From NCBI GenBank assembly GCA_963815215.1, contig CAWFFU010000011.1, forward strand, positions 639,023 through 703,022: a DNA stretch of 64,000 nucleotides, given 5' to 3'. A model generated the notes under the pieces. That model was not told the DNA's origin. It ran no database searches and worked only from the letters and a program-made list of their open reading frames with translations. The translations under genes and the position numbers were made by a program. Numbering within the stretch: the first letter of the stretch is position 1; every line of letters starts with the position of its first letter. This DNA is from an uncultured Trueperaceae bacterium. GTDB lineage: Bacteria > Deinococcota > Deinococci > Deinococcales > Trueperaceae. Shown piece after piece: positions 38,273 through 48,104 of the stretch.

Positions 38273-41083
38273 TCAGAACGGCAGACCGAGGCCGAAGGCC
38301 AGCCACCAGCCATCGGCGTATCCGCCACGCACCCCCAGCCGCACCTTGCCGTCGTAGTCCAGCACGGTGTCGGCCCATACGCCGATGTCGCCCCCCACGC
38401 CGACGCGGGACGCCCAGGCGCCGCCGGCGCCCGCGGCCGGGCCGGTTCCTCCCCACAGCCTGACGGTCGGCTCGATGTCGAGCCGCTCCAGCGCCGCCAG
38501 CCCGTCCGCCCAGCGCCAGCGCACGGGCACCGACAGGCGCGCTCCCAGGGAGCCGACGGCAGCCAGCTCGGGTAGCGCGATCGGCACCGGCGGGAGCGGC
38601 CGGTACCCCGCGCTCAGCGCCAGCTGCGGCTGCACCGGTAGGGCGGTGGACGGCCACCAGCGCGCTTCGGCCCAGGCTCCCGTCGAGGGACCGCCCGTAC
38701 CGTAGCTCCAACGCCCCCGAACAGCGAACAACTCCCCTCCCGATACCGCTCCGAAGACGTCCGCGGCGCGCGCGTCGGCCACCGCGTCGACAGCCGCCTC
38801 CGGCCGCCAGCCGGCCAGCGAGGGAGCGCCGAGGAAGCTCCCGGCTACCGCCAGGGAGCCCGCGAAGCGCCCCACCGGCGCGCGCACGAGGGCCTCGGCG
38901 CGCACCCCGTAGGCGACCTCGTCCACCGGGCCCAAATAGGCGCCGTGCGGCCAGGCGCCGACGCGGAGCGCGACCCCGAGCACGGGGGGCGGGCCGGGCG
39001 CCGCCACCGCGTTGGGCATGTTCCAGGCGTAGCGAACCGAGCCGTACCCACCGCTCAGCGGGCCCCGCAGCGCGGTGTCGTAGCCCACCGTGAGATCGAG
39101 CGCGTGGCGCGCACTGTCGTCGAGCCCCAGGGCGGTGATCTCCAGACCCGCGCCGAGGGGCCGCAACGACACCCGCCCGGCGCTCGGCCACCAGCCGTAC
39201 GGCAGCAGGCTCGGCCAGGGGCGATAGCGCGTGTCCGGGAACGGGGGCAACCCGGGCGCGCTCCCGGAGGCGGCGCCCGCGCGGGTCGCGGGTGTCCCGG
39301 GTGTCACGGGTGTCGCGCCGCCGCCCGCAGCCGTCCCGGCCGTCGGTGGCGCGGACGCTGCCGGGACTGCGGGGACTGCGGGCACTGCGGTAGCTCGGGT
39401 TGCGCCGTCGGCGCCGGCCAGCGCGGTCAGCGCCAGCGCGTAGCCGTCCCCCCGGACCGTGCGGTACACCACCCCGCCCGGGACCACCACCGGGTCCTCC
39501 GCTCCGCCGAGCGCGCTCGTCAGGGGCCGTCCGCCGGTCGCCGACACGCCTCCGACATCCATCCGGTAGAGCTGGAACAGCCCGGAGCCGTCGCCCGCGT
39601 AGAGCAGTCCGCTCTCGCCCACCCAGCTCGGCGCCAGCTCGCTGGCGGCATCCGACGTCAGCAAGGTGACACCGTCCGGCCGCAGCAGCGCCAGGTCGAC
39701 GCCGCTCGGGCGGTACAGGCTCAGCGCCACGCGGCCGCCGGCGCTCACCGCCAGCCCGACGATGTGCGTCCCCGCCGGCGCGCTCCACACCAAGGCCGGC
39801 GGCCGATCGACGCACCAGCGACGGAGCGAAGCTCCCTCGGGGATCACGTCGCGCACGTAGAGCACGCAGCCGGCGCCGTCGGCGCGCGGGAAGTGCGCGT
39901 GCGCTCCGGAGGTGAGGCGCCGGACCGCTCCGCTGCCGGTGTCGAGCGCGAACAGATCGCTCTCGTAGCGCCCGGGTGCGCGGCCGACGCCCGCCATCAC
40001 GACCGTGTGGTCGTCGAGCCAGGTGAGGCTGCTGGCGGCGGGACGGGTGGGGACGGTGCGGGCGTCGTGGAGGGCACCTCCCCGCAGCGTCGCCACCCGT
40101 ACCCCGCCGTCGACCGGCCAGGCCAGGGTGTGGCCGTCGCGGGCCAACGCCGGTCCGCCCACGTCGGCGGCCGCCGGCTCGAGCCCGGCCGGCACGCTGA
40201 GGCCACCTTGCGCCTCGGCCTGCGCCGCCAGCGCCGCCGCCCACGCCGCCCACTCCCGCTCCAGATCGGTGCCCACGGCACGTTTCCAGGCCGCGTCGAA
40301 CGGCAGCAGGTAAGCACCCGCCTGGAAGACGTGGAGCGCGCGCTCCAACGCATCGAACCCGTGGGCCGTCACCAGATGATCGATGAACGAGGCGCCCAGC
40401 AGGTAACGGGCCCGCCCGCCCGGCCAGCGCTGGTAGCTGATGAGGCTCACTTCGGCGAGCGACGGCATCGACCCCTGCGACGCCAGCGTCCACAGCAGCG
40501 CCCGGGTGCGGGCGTCGTCGAGCCGGCCTCCCAGGCCGCCCTTCGACTCGACCCAGGTGGCGATCCCCTCGAGCAGCCATGCCGGCGGGAGCACCGCCGT
40601 ACCCTCGCCCACCAGCCCGACGCGCGGCACGGTCGCCGTGCCCGGCGGTACCCGGGTGTCGGTGAGCTGCACCAGGTGCGTGATCTCGTGGCGCAGCACC
40701 AGTTCGGTCAGGTTGCCGCCGTGGAAGCCGACCGTGCCCGCCAGCGGGAACAGCGGACGGAACGTCACGTGCGCCCTCGGCAGGGGCAGAGCGAAGGCGT
40801 TGAAGACGTCGTCGCCCCCCTGCAGCCGGATGCGGATGGGGAACGGCGCGCGCCCGAACAGCGCGGCGACCCTCACCAGCTCGGTCTCGGCCGCCGACGC
40901 CACCTGCTGGGCGTAGGACGCGAGCGCCGGATCCTCGTACAGCACGTCGACGTGCGGGGCGTGGACGACGCGCGCGGCGACCGCGTGCGCGCCCGGTCCG
41001 GCGGCGAGCAGGAGGACGGCCAACAGCCGCAACGCGGCGCGCACCGCGCCGCGCCGTCCCGGGTCCTCGATCGAGCGGCGCAT
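38273..41083 (-). CDS. Secreted protein: HExxH gluzincin-like domain + TolB/PD40-like propeller + C-terminal beta-barrel-like region
   Basis: HEITH and PAWLLEGIAT; propeller-like repeats (PALARDG, LAPSWVG); Ala/Pro linker; terminal GLGLPF. TATACT lies 5 nt before the ATG. Confidence 0.68.
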   Translation of the reverse strand: MRRSIEDPGRRGAVRAALRLLAVLLLAAGPGAHAVAARVVHAPHVDVLYEDPALASYAQQVASAAETELVRVAALFGRAPFPIRIRLQGGDDVFNAFALPLPRAHVTFRPLFPLAGTVGFHGGNLTELVLRHEITHLVQLTDTRVPPGTATVPRVGLVGEGTAVLPPAWLLEGIATWVESKGGLGGRLDDARTRALLWTLASQGSMPSLAEVSLISYQRWPGGRARYLLGASFIDHLVTAHGFDALERALHVFQAGAYLLPFDAAWKRAVGTDLEREWAAWAAALAAQAEAQGGLSVPAGLEPAAADVGGPALARDGHTLAWPVDGGVRVATLRGGALHDARTVPTRPAASSLTWLDDHTVVMAGVGRAPGRYESDLFALDTGSGAVRRLTSGAHAHFPRADGAGCVLYVRDVIPEGASLRRWCVDRPPALVWSAPAGTHIVGLAVSAGGRVALSLYRPSGVDLALLRPDGVTLLTSDAASELAPSWVGESGLLYAGDGSGLFQLYRMDVGGVSATGGRPLTSALGGAEDPVVVPGGVVYRTVRGDGYALALTALAGADGATRATAVPAVPAVPAASAPPTAGTAAGGGATPVTPGTPATRAGAASGSAPGLPPFPDTRYRPWPSLLPYGWWPSAGRVSLRPLGAGLEITALGLDDSARHALDLTVGYDTALRGPLSGGYGSVRYAWNMPNAVAAPGPPPVLGVALRVGAWPHGAYLGPVDEVAYGVRAEALVRAPVGRFAGSLAVAGSFLGAPSLAGWRPEAAVDAVADARAADVFGAVSGGELFAVRGRWSYGTGGPSTGAWAEARWWPSTALPVQPQLALSAGYRPLPPVPIALPELAAVGSLGARLSVPVRWRWADGLAALERLDIEPTVRLWGGTGPAAGAGGAWASRVGVGGDIGVWADTVLDYDGKVRLGVRGGYADGWWLAFGLGLPF

Positions 41084-41114
41084 GGCGCAGTATAGGAGGG
41101 GCCCGCCCCGCCCG

Positions 41115-42263
41115 TCAGCCGCGGCGTCCGCGCCGCAACTCGTCGAGGTCGTAACGCGTGCCCCGCCACTCGATCTGCCCGCTGCGCAGCGCCGCGGCGG
41201 CCGACGCCGCGGCCGCGTAGCACAGCAGGACCGTGCCGACGGGGTGGAGCAGGAACAGCCAGGGACTGTGCCGCAGGCGCGGAGCGTCGACGGCGTACAC
41301 CAGGGCCACGGTGGCCACCACCAGCCCGTTGACGACGCGGACCGCGCCGCCCGTCACGAACAGCAGCAGGAACGGCAGCACGTTCGTGAGGAGCAGGGCG
41401 ACCACCACGGCGCCCAGGCGCAGCACCGAGTACCCCATGCCGGCGAAGGCGTTCTTCCTCAGGCCCCGTAACGCCGAGCGGAGGTCCGGGTACCACGCCA
41501 CCGCCACGTCGTCGGCGCCGAACACCGCCTCCTGCCGCAGTCCTGCCCCTTTGAGGAGCCGCCCCAGCGCCAGGTCATCGTCCGTCCCGAGGCGGATGGC
41601 GGCGTGCCCGCCGGCCGTCCGGTAGCCGCTCGCGCGCACCAGGGCGAACGCACCGATGCCGACCGAAGCGCGGCTGCGCGGATCGCGCGCGCGCCAGGGC
41701 CGGGTGTGGACCGCGAACAACAGGCCGAACGCGGCCATGAACGAGGCGAGCAGCGGGCCGCGCCCCTCCAGGCGTGGAAGCACCGCCAGGTGGTCGAGAC
41801 CGCGATCGAGCGCGTAGCCGAGCGACCGTCGCAGCGCCCCAGGAGCGAAGCGCACGTCGGCGTCGGTGAACAGCAGCCAGCTCCCCGCCGCCGCGTCGGC
41901 ACCGCGCTGCAGCGCGTGCGTCTTGCCGAGCCAGCCGCCGGGGAGCCGCCGCACCGTCACCACCCTCACCCGCGGATCGCGCCGCGCCGCGGCCGCCGCG
42001 ATCTCGCCGGTCCCGTCCGTCGAACGGTCGTCGACCACCACCACCTCCAGCGGCGGACCGTCCTGGGCCAGCAGCGTGCGCAGCGTCTCGCCCAGCGCCC
42101 CGGCCTCGTCGCGCGCCGGGATCACCACCGAGAGCGCCGGCCACGTCCCGGGTTCGGGCGAGCGCTCGCGTCGCAGGCGGGCCATGCCGCGCACGCCCAG
42201 CGCCCAGTCGAGCGCGAGTCCCCACCAAAGCAGCAGGGTGACGACGGCGAGTGCGAGGAGCAT
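41115..42263 (-). CDS. Glycosyltransferase family 2 (HpnB/CrtQ-like)
   Basis: SVVIPARDE, VDDRSTDGT, GWLGKTHAL, LFTDAD and DDLALG motifs; terminal IEWRGTRY. Confidence 0.88.
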   Translation of the reverse strand: MLLALAVVTLLLWWGLALDWALGVRGMARLRRERSPEPGTWPALSVVIPARDEAGALGETLRTLLAQDGPPLEVVVVDDRSTDGTGEIAAAAARRDPRVRVVTVRRLPGGWLGKTHALQRGADAAAGSWLLFTDADVRFAPGALRRSLGYALDRGLDHLAVLPRLEGRGPLLASFMAAFGLLFAVHTRPWRARDPRSRASVGIGAFALVRASGYRTAGGHAAIRLGTDDDLALGRLLKGAGLRQEAVFGADDVAVAWYPDLRSALRGLRKNAFAGMGYSVLRLGAVVVALLLTNVLPFLLLFVTGGAVRVVNGLVVATVALVYAVDAPRLRHSPWLFLLHPVGTVLLCYAAAASAAAALRSGQIEWRGTRYDLDELRRGRRG

Positions 42264-42338
42264 CGTCGACCACGCTACCGCCACGGCCCGCGGGCGACCG
42301 GGCCGGCGGATACGGTGCGGCCCGGTAGAATCGGGGCC

Positions 42339-43316
42339 GTGCCGATCCTCGCCATCGACAAGCCGCTCGAGCTCAGCTCGCACGACGTGGTCGCCCGCGC
42401 CCGTCGCGTCCTGGGGACGCGCCGCGTCGGCCACGCCGGCACGCTCGATCCGCTCGCCGGCGGGGTGCTGGTTCTGCTCACCGAGGCCGCCACCAAACTG
42501 TCGCCGTTCCTGACCGGCAGCGACAAGGACTACCTGGCCTGGGTCGCCTTCGGCATCGGCACCGACACCCTGGACGCCGAGGGCCCCGTGAGCCGGGAGG
42601 CCGACGCCGCCACCGTGACGCCGGAGCGCATCGAGGCCGCTCTGCCACCCTTCCTGCGGCTGACCGAGCAGCGCCCGCCCGTGTTCTCGGCGGTGAAGCG
42701 CGAGGGCGAGCGCAGCTACCGGCGCGCCCGACGCGGCGAGACCGTCGAGCTCCCGTCACGGCCCGCGGGCTACCTCCACATCGAGTTGCTGGCGTTCGCC
42801 GGCGCGCGCGAGGGGTTGCCGCAGCGCTTCGCGCCCGGCGCCGGAGGATTGTGGGTGCCCGCTCCGGAGGGCTACCGCCCCTCCCTGCCGCCTACCCTGG
42901 CCCCGGCCCCGAGCGCGCTGCTGGCGCTGCGAGTGCGCGCCGGCACCTACGTGCGCGCCTTCGCGCGCGACCTGGGGGAGGCACTGGGCGTGCCGGCGCA
43001 CCTGGCGGGGTTGGTCCGCACCCGGGCCGGCAGGGTGGGGCTCGAGCGCTGCGTGCCACTCGACGACCTCGCCACCGCCCCCTCGCTCTCCGCGACCGAC
43101 GCACTCCCCTACCCCGCCATCTCCCTGGACGACGCCATGACGCAGCGCGTGCGCCAGGGACAACGCCCGCCCGCGACCTTCGAAGGCCGTGCCCTCCTGC
43201 TCGACCCCGCGGGCCGGCTCGCCGCGGTAGCCGAGGCGGTCGACGGGCGCGTGCGGCTCCTGCGCGTGTGGGGAGAACCCCCACCGCACGAGCCGACGCC
43301 GCCCACGGAGGCGTGA
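42339..43316 (+). CDS. truB: tRNA pseudouridine(55) synthase
   Basis: IDKP..SSHDVV, VGHAGTLDPLA, QRPPVFSAVK and GTYVRAFARDLG motifs; leaderless TAGAAT promoter. Confidence 0.95.
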   Translation: MPILAIDKPLELSSHDVVARARRVLGTRRVGHAGTLDPLAGGVLVLLTEAATKLSPFLTGSDKDYLAWVAFGIGTDTLDAEGPVSREADAATVTPERIEAALPPFLRLTEQRPPVFSAVKREGERSYRRARRGETVELPSRPAGYLHIELLAFAGAREGLPQRFAPGAGGLWVPAPEGYRPSLPPTLAPAPSALLALRVRAGTYVRAFARDLGEALGVPAHLAGLVRTRAGRVGLERCVPLDDLATAPSLSATDALPYPAISLDDAMTQRVRQGQRPPATFEGRALLLDPAGRLAAVAEAVDGRVRLLRVWGEPPPHEPTPPTEA

Positions 43317-43437
43317 GCACAGAAGGCTCGGACACGCCCGCCGTCTGCCGCGGGCAAGCGGTAGACTGGCCAACGGACTCCCGGTGCCGTACGCCAGGGA
43401 GACCGGGCGGCCCGGCGCGCCGGGCAGGGAGACCATC

Positions 43438-44565
43438 ATGGACATCGGCATTCCCAAGGAGATCAAGGCTCATGAGTATCGCGTCTCGGCCACGCCCGGC
43501 GCGGTACACGCGTTCGTGGACGCCGGCCACAGCGTCTACGTCGAAAGCGGCGCAGGCGTGGGCAGCGGCTTCGACGACGACGATTACCGCGCCGCCGGGG
43601 CGAGCATCGTGGGCACGGCGGACGAGGCCTGGGCGCGGCGCCTGGTGCTGAAGGTGAAGGAGCCCATCGCCGGCGAGTTCGGCTACCTACGCGACGACCT
43701 CATCCTGTTCACCTATCTGCACCTGGCCGCCGCCCAGCCACTCACCGAAGCGCTGCTGGCCGGCGGAACCACCGCCATCGCCTACGAGACCGTGCAGCTC
43801 GACGGCGGCAGCCTGCCGCTGCTCACCCCCATGAGCGAGGTCGCCGGTCGCATGGCCACCCAGGTCGGTGCGCACTATCTGGGCAAGTTCCTCGGCGGGC
43901 GCGGGCTCCTGCTGGGCGGCGTGCCCGGCGTCGCGGCCGGCGAGGTCGTGATCCTCGGTGGAGGCGTGGTCGGGACCAACGCGGCCAAGATCGCGATGGG
44001 CCTGGGAGCGCGCGTGACGTTGCTCGACATCAACCACGGCCGCCTGCAGTACCTCGACGACGTCTTCGGGGGCCGGATCCAGACCCTGGCCAGCAACCTG
44101 GCCAACATCCGTGCCATGGCGGAGCGCGCCGACCTGCTGATCGGCGGCGTGCTCATCCCCGGCGCCCGGGCGCCACACCTCGTGACCCGCGACATGCTCT
44201 CGCTCATGCGTCCCGGCAGCGTGATCGTCGACGTGGCCGTGGACCAGGGGGGTTGCATCGAGACCATCCGCCCCACCACGCACGACGCGCCAACGTTCGT
44301 GGTGGACGGCGTGGTGCACTACGGGGTTGCCAACATGCCGGGCGCGGTGCCCAACACCAGCACGCGCGCGCTCTCGAACCAGACCCTGCCGTACGCGCTT
44401 GCGCTGGCGGAGGGCGGAACGCAGGCATTGCTGGCCGACCGGGCGCTCCTGCGCGGGCTCAACACCCACGCCGGGCACCTCACCTACCGGGCCGTGGGCG
44501 AAGCCTTCGGCCTGGCCACCGTCGATCCCCAGGAGGCCCTGACCACGCGCAGCGCCGTCGCCTGA
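43438..44565 (+). CDS. ald: Alanine dehydrogenase
   Basis: [39 protein letters not shown] and VANMPGAVP motifs. Confidence 0.96.
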   Translation: MDIGIPKEIKAHEYRVSATPGAVHAFVDAGHSVYVESGAGVGSGFDDDDYRAAGASIVGTADEAWARRLVLKVKEPIAGEFGYLRDDLILFTYLHLAAAQPLTEALLAGGTTAIAYETVQLDGGSLPLLTPMSEVAGRMATQVGAHYLGKFLGGRGLLLGGVPGVAAGEVVILGGGVVGTNAAKIAMGLGARVTLLDINHGRLQYLDDVFGGRIQTLASNLANIRAMAERADLLIGGVLIPGARAPHLVTRDMLSLMRPGSVIVDVAVDQGGCIETIRPTTHDAPTFVVDGVVHYGVANMPGAVPNTSTRALSNQTLPYALALAEGGTQALLADRALLRGLNTHAGHLTYRAVGEAFGLATVDPQEALTTRSAVA

Positions 44566-44589
44566 GGCGAGCCGGCTACGCCGAGGCCC

Positions 44590-45186
44590 TCAACGCAGGC
44601 GTGCCAACGCCCGCCGGATGAGGGCCTCGGCGCTGTCATCGGGGAAGTCTGCGACCAGCTCGGCGACCGCGGTCTTCACCTGCGACTCGCGGTAGCCGAG
44701 CGCCATCAGCGCCTCGGCGGCGTCCTCGCCCGCACCGGTCAACGCCCTGCGAGGCCGGCGCTCGCCGCCCGGACCCGCCAGCAGCTCCTCGGGGATGCGG
44801 TTCTTGAGCTCGAGAACGATTCGCTCAGCCGTGCGGCGCCCCACCCCGGGAGCGCCGGTGAGCAGCTCCGGGTCCTGGTTGAGTACCGCAGCGGCGATGA
44901 GCGCGGGGGGCAGCGCCGACAGCACCGCCAGCGCCAGCTTCGGCCCCACGCCGCCCACCTCGAGCAACCGCCGGAACAGCAGGAGCAGGTCACGGTGGTG
45001 GAAGGCGTAGAGCACCGGCGTCTCGTCGCGCACGGCGAGGTGCGTGTGGAGCACCACGAACTCGCCGACCTCGCACTGCCCCAGCGTGGCCGCCGGAGCC
45101 CAGGCCTCGACCCCGAAGGCTCCGGCCTGCACCACCACGCTGGCCTCGCGGATCTCGCGCACTTCGCCTTCCAGGAAGGCGATCAC
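44590..45186 (-). CDS. ruvA: Holliday junction branch migration protein RuvA
   Basis: VIAFLEG, HhH motifs VGGVGPKLAL and PGVGRRTAERIVLELK, and domain III EALMALGY. Confidence 0.95.
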   Translation of the reverse strand: MIAFLEGEVREIREASVVVQAGAFGVEAWAPAATLGQCEVGEFVVLHTHLAVRDETPVLYAFHHRDLLLLFRRLLEVGGVGPKLALAVLSALPPALIAAAVLNQDPELLTGAPGVGRRTAERIVLELKNRIPEELLAGPGGERRPRRALTGAGEDAAEALMALGYRESQVKTAVAELVADFPDDSAEALIRRALARLR

Positions 45187-45962
45187 GATTCCCCGAACAG
45201 CGGCGCGAAGAGGAGGTCGTAGCCGATATCGGCCAGACAGGAGCAACCGGTGAGCCGCATGGCGTAGTGGAGCTCCGCCTCCAGGCTCTCCAGGGCACGG
45301 TCGCTCTGGACCACCAGCGCCTCGGCGCCCAGCGCCAGGTAGCGCAAGGCGTCGACGCCGTCACGCACCGGCCCGCCCGCGGCGATGAGCAGCATGCCCG
45401 CGACCGCATCGATGACCTCGGGCAGCACCTCCACCGTCGCCGGACCGCCCAGGTGGGCGCCGGCAGCCGACTGCACCACCACGGCCTCCAGCCCGGCCTC
45501 GGCCGCCACCTCGGCATCGGACGGCCCGCCCACGCCGAACACCCAGAGCGGACGGCCGGCGGCGGCGCGCAGCTCCGCCAGATCCTCGCGCGTCCGCGGG
45601 CGCCACACACCGCGGCCGAACGGCGGCGTGTCGGCCAGCGGCGCCATGTCGAGGCCGATGGCGGGGACCCCGAGCTCGCTCAGCCGGCGCACGGCCGGCA
45701 TCAGCTCGCCCATCTTGGCGGGCCCGAGGAGCGCGATCGCGTCGGTCGGCGCATGGTGGGCCGGGTCCGCCAGCACCGCCTCGGCGTCCACCACTTCCAG
45801 CGCTCCCCCATGCACGGAGGCGTCCGAACGCCGGCGCGGCAGCATGGGGGTCGCCAGCTCCCGCCCCAGCACGGTGATGCGGGTGTCGACGTCCTGCACA
45901 CCGTGAAGGAGCCGCGGGATGAGCTGATAGCCGTCCAGAGCGGCGAACTCGCTGTCGTTCAC
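45183..45962 (-). CDS. Short, degenerate FMN-dependent alpha-hydroxy-acid dehydrogenase-like protein
   Basis: LIPRLLHGV..VDT..LG..LATP, GGPVRDGVDALRYLALGA and ELHYAMRLTGC motifs; catalytic SNHGGR is absent. TATGAT lies 6 nt before the GTG. Confidence 0.72.
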   Translation of the reverse strand: MNDSEFAALDGYQLIPRLLHGVQDVDTRITVLGRELATPMLPRRRSDASVHGGALEVVDAEAVLADPAHHAPTDAIALLGPAKMGELMPAVRRLSELGVPAIGLDMAPLADTPPFGRGVWRPRTREDLAELRAAAGRPLWVFGVGGPSDAEVAAEAGLEAVVVQSAAGAHLGGPATVEVLPEVIDAVAGMLLIAAGGPVRDGVDALRYLALGAEALVVQSDRALESLEAELHYAMRLTGCSCLADIGYDLLFAPLFGES

Positions 45963-46034
45963 GGCGCCATCATAGCAGGCGCCGGGCTCCGTCCGGCGGC
46001 CGAGACGTCGCGTCCAGCACGGGCCGCACCGCCC

Positions 46035-46063
46035 TTGACAGCCCCCCGCGTCGCGCCTACAAT
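46035..46063 (+). promoter_or_regulatory. Near-consensus sigma-70 promoter of the ABC exporter
   Basis: TTGACA-17 nt-TACAAT. Confidence 0.8.
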
Positions 46064-46103
46064 CCGGCGGTGGCCGGCCCTCGGCCGCCGGAAAGGATCC
46101 CCC

Positions 46104-46856
46104 GTGATCTCCGTGGAGAGCATCAGCAAGGCGTTCGGCGGCGTCAGCGCCGTCGATGCGCTGAGCTTCCGCGTCGAGGCGGGCGAGGTGTACGGACTCC
46201 TCGGCCCCAACGGCGCGGGCAAGACCACCACCCTTCGCATCCTCGCCACCCTGCTCGTCGCCGATCGCGGGCGCGCCAGCGTGGCCGGCTTCGACGTTGC
46301 CCGGCAGGGCGAAGACGTGCGACGCTCCATCGGCGTGGTCAACGGCGGGATGGGGTTGTACGACCGGCTGACGGGACGCGAGGTGCTCCACTACTTCGGT
46401 CGGCTGTACGGCATGTCCGCCGCGGCCATCGACGCCCGTATCGCCCAGCTCGACGAGCTGCTCGAGCTCGGCGACACGCTGTCGCGGCGCGCCGGCGGCT
46501 ACTCCACCGGCATGAAGCAGAAGATCGTGATCGCGCGTGCGGTACTCCACGACCCGCCGGTGATCTTCTTCGACGAGGCCACCAGCGGGCTCGACGTGGT
46601 CGCCCGCCGGGCCGTGCTCGAGTTCGTGCGGCGCTACCCGGGCGAGGCCCGGGCGGTGCTCTACTCGACCCACGTGATGAGCGAGGTCGAGGAGCTGTGC
46701 GACCGCGCCTGCATCCTCTACCGGGGTCACAAGATCGCCGAGGGGAGCATCGCCGAGCTGACCGAGCAGAGCGGCGGCGCGAACCTGGAGGACGCCTTCT
46801 TCCGCCTGGTCGAAGGCAGCGACCTGCGCCGCGAGACCGCCGGGGCGAAGGCGTGA
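46104..46856 (+). CDS. ABC exporter ATP-binding protein (NatA-like)
   Basis: GPNGAGKTT, GLYDRLTGRE, YSTGMKQK, FDEATSGLD and STHVMSEVE motifs. Confidence 0.9.
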   Translation: MISVESISKAFGGVSAVDALSFRVEAGEVYGLLGPNGAGKTTTLRILATLLVADRGRASVAGFDVARQGEDVRRSIGVVNGGMGLYDRLTGREVLHYFGRLYGMSAAAIDARIAQLDELLELGDTLSRRAGGYSTGMKQKIVIARAVLHDPPVIFFDEATSGLDVVARRAVLEFVRRYPGEARAVLYSTHVMSEVEELCDRACILYRGHKIAEGSIAELTEQSGGANLEDAFFRLVEGSDLRRETAGAKA

Positions 46857-48079
46857 GGCCGTCGATGATCGGGCGGGTGGCGGGAAAGGAGATCCTGTCC
46901 ACCCTGCGCGACCAGCGCGCCATCATCTCCACCCTCGTCATCCCGCTCGTCATCCTGCCCGTGATCATGCTGGGGCTGCCGCTGCTGTTGGGGGGGCTGT
47001 TCCAGCGCGAGCAGACCACCGTGACGTCGCTGGGCGTGCACGGCGAAGCGAACCTGCCTCCTGCGCTCAAGGCCTTGCTGGAGAAGCAGAACGTCAGCCT
47101 CACGGCCGTCGCCGATCCGGAGGCCGCCGTCCGCGACGGCACCGTGGCGGTCGCCATCGGCGTGCCGTCCGGCTTCGCGGCGAAGGTCGCCTCGGGCCAG
47201 GGCGGCGACCTGACCCTGTACAGCAAGAAGGGCAACATGAAGAGCGAGCTGAACGCCGGCAAGGTCCAGCAGGCGGTCGGTGCCTACACCCGGCAGCTCG
47301 TCTCGGCGCGCCTCGAGGCGGCGGGGCTCGACCCGAGCATCCTGGAACCGGTCCACGTGCAGTCGGTCGACGCCAGCTCCGCGGCCGAGAAGTCGAGCGG
47401 TCAGCTCTCCTGGCTCATCCCCTTCTTCATCGCCATCTGGACGCTCACCGGCGGTCAGATGACCGCCATCGACGCCACCGCCGGCGAGAAGGAGCGGGGC
47501 ACCCTGGAGGCCCTGCTGGTGTCCCCGATCCGCCGCAGCGAGGTGGTGATCGGCAAGTTCCTGGCCACCCTCACCTTCGGCCTCAGCGCCGCGGTCATGG
47601 CGATCGTCGGCTACGTGGTGGGCGGCGCCATCCTGAGCTCGGTGTTCAAGCCGCGGCTCGGCGCCCAGGCCAGCAGCATGGTGCAGGTCATGGGCGGCTC
47701 GCTCGACATCTCGCTGCCCTCGGTGCTGCTGCTGCTGGTGAGCGCTCTACTGCTCGCCGGCACCGTCGCGGCGCTGCTGCTGGGGATCACGCTCTTCGCG
47801 CGCTCGTTCAAGGAGGCTCAGAGCTACGTCGCGCCGCTGTCGTTCCTGCTGATCCTCCCCGCCGTGGGGCTGCAGTTCAAGGACCTGCTCGGCTTCGGCA
47901 ACGGCATCTACCTCATCCCCATCTTCAACGCCCTGGTCCTCATGGACGACATCGTGAAGGGGACGGCGGCGGCGGCGCACGTGCTCGCCACCTGGCTGAC
48001 GCTGCTGGCCGTCATCGTGCTGCTGTTGCTGTTCGCCTACCGGAACTTCCGCCGCGAGGGCGTGATCTTCCGAGTGTGA
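46853..48079 (+). CDS. ABC-2 type permease (NatB-like)
   Basis: [27 protein letters not shown] and [10 protein letters not shown] motifs; GTGA overlap with the ATPase. Confidence 0.9.
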   Translation: MRPSMIGRVAGKEILSTLRDQRAIISTLVIPLVILPVIMLGLPLLLGGLFQREQTTVTSLGVHGEANLPPALKALLEKQNVSLTAVADPEAAVRDGTVAVAIGVPSGFAAKVASGQGGDLTLYSKKGNMKSELNAGKVQQAVGAYTRQLVSARLEAAGLDPSILEPVHVQSVDASSAAEKSSGQLSWLIPFFIAIWTLTGGQMTAIDATAGEKERGTLEALLVSPIRRSEVVIGKFLATLTFGLSAAVMAIVGYVVGGAILSSVFKPRLGAQASSMVQVMGGSLDISLPSVLLLLVSALLLAGTVAALLLGITLFARSFKEAQSYVAPLSFLLILPAVGLQFKDLLGFGNGIYLIPIFNALVLMDDIVKGTAAAAHVLATWLTLLAVIVLLLLFAYRNFRREGVIFRV

Positions 48080-48104
48080 GGCGGTCGGAGTTGCCGGGGC
48101 GGGC

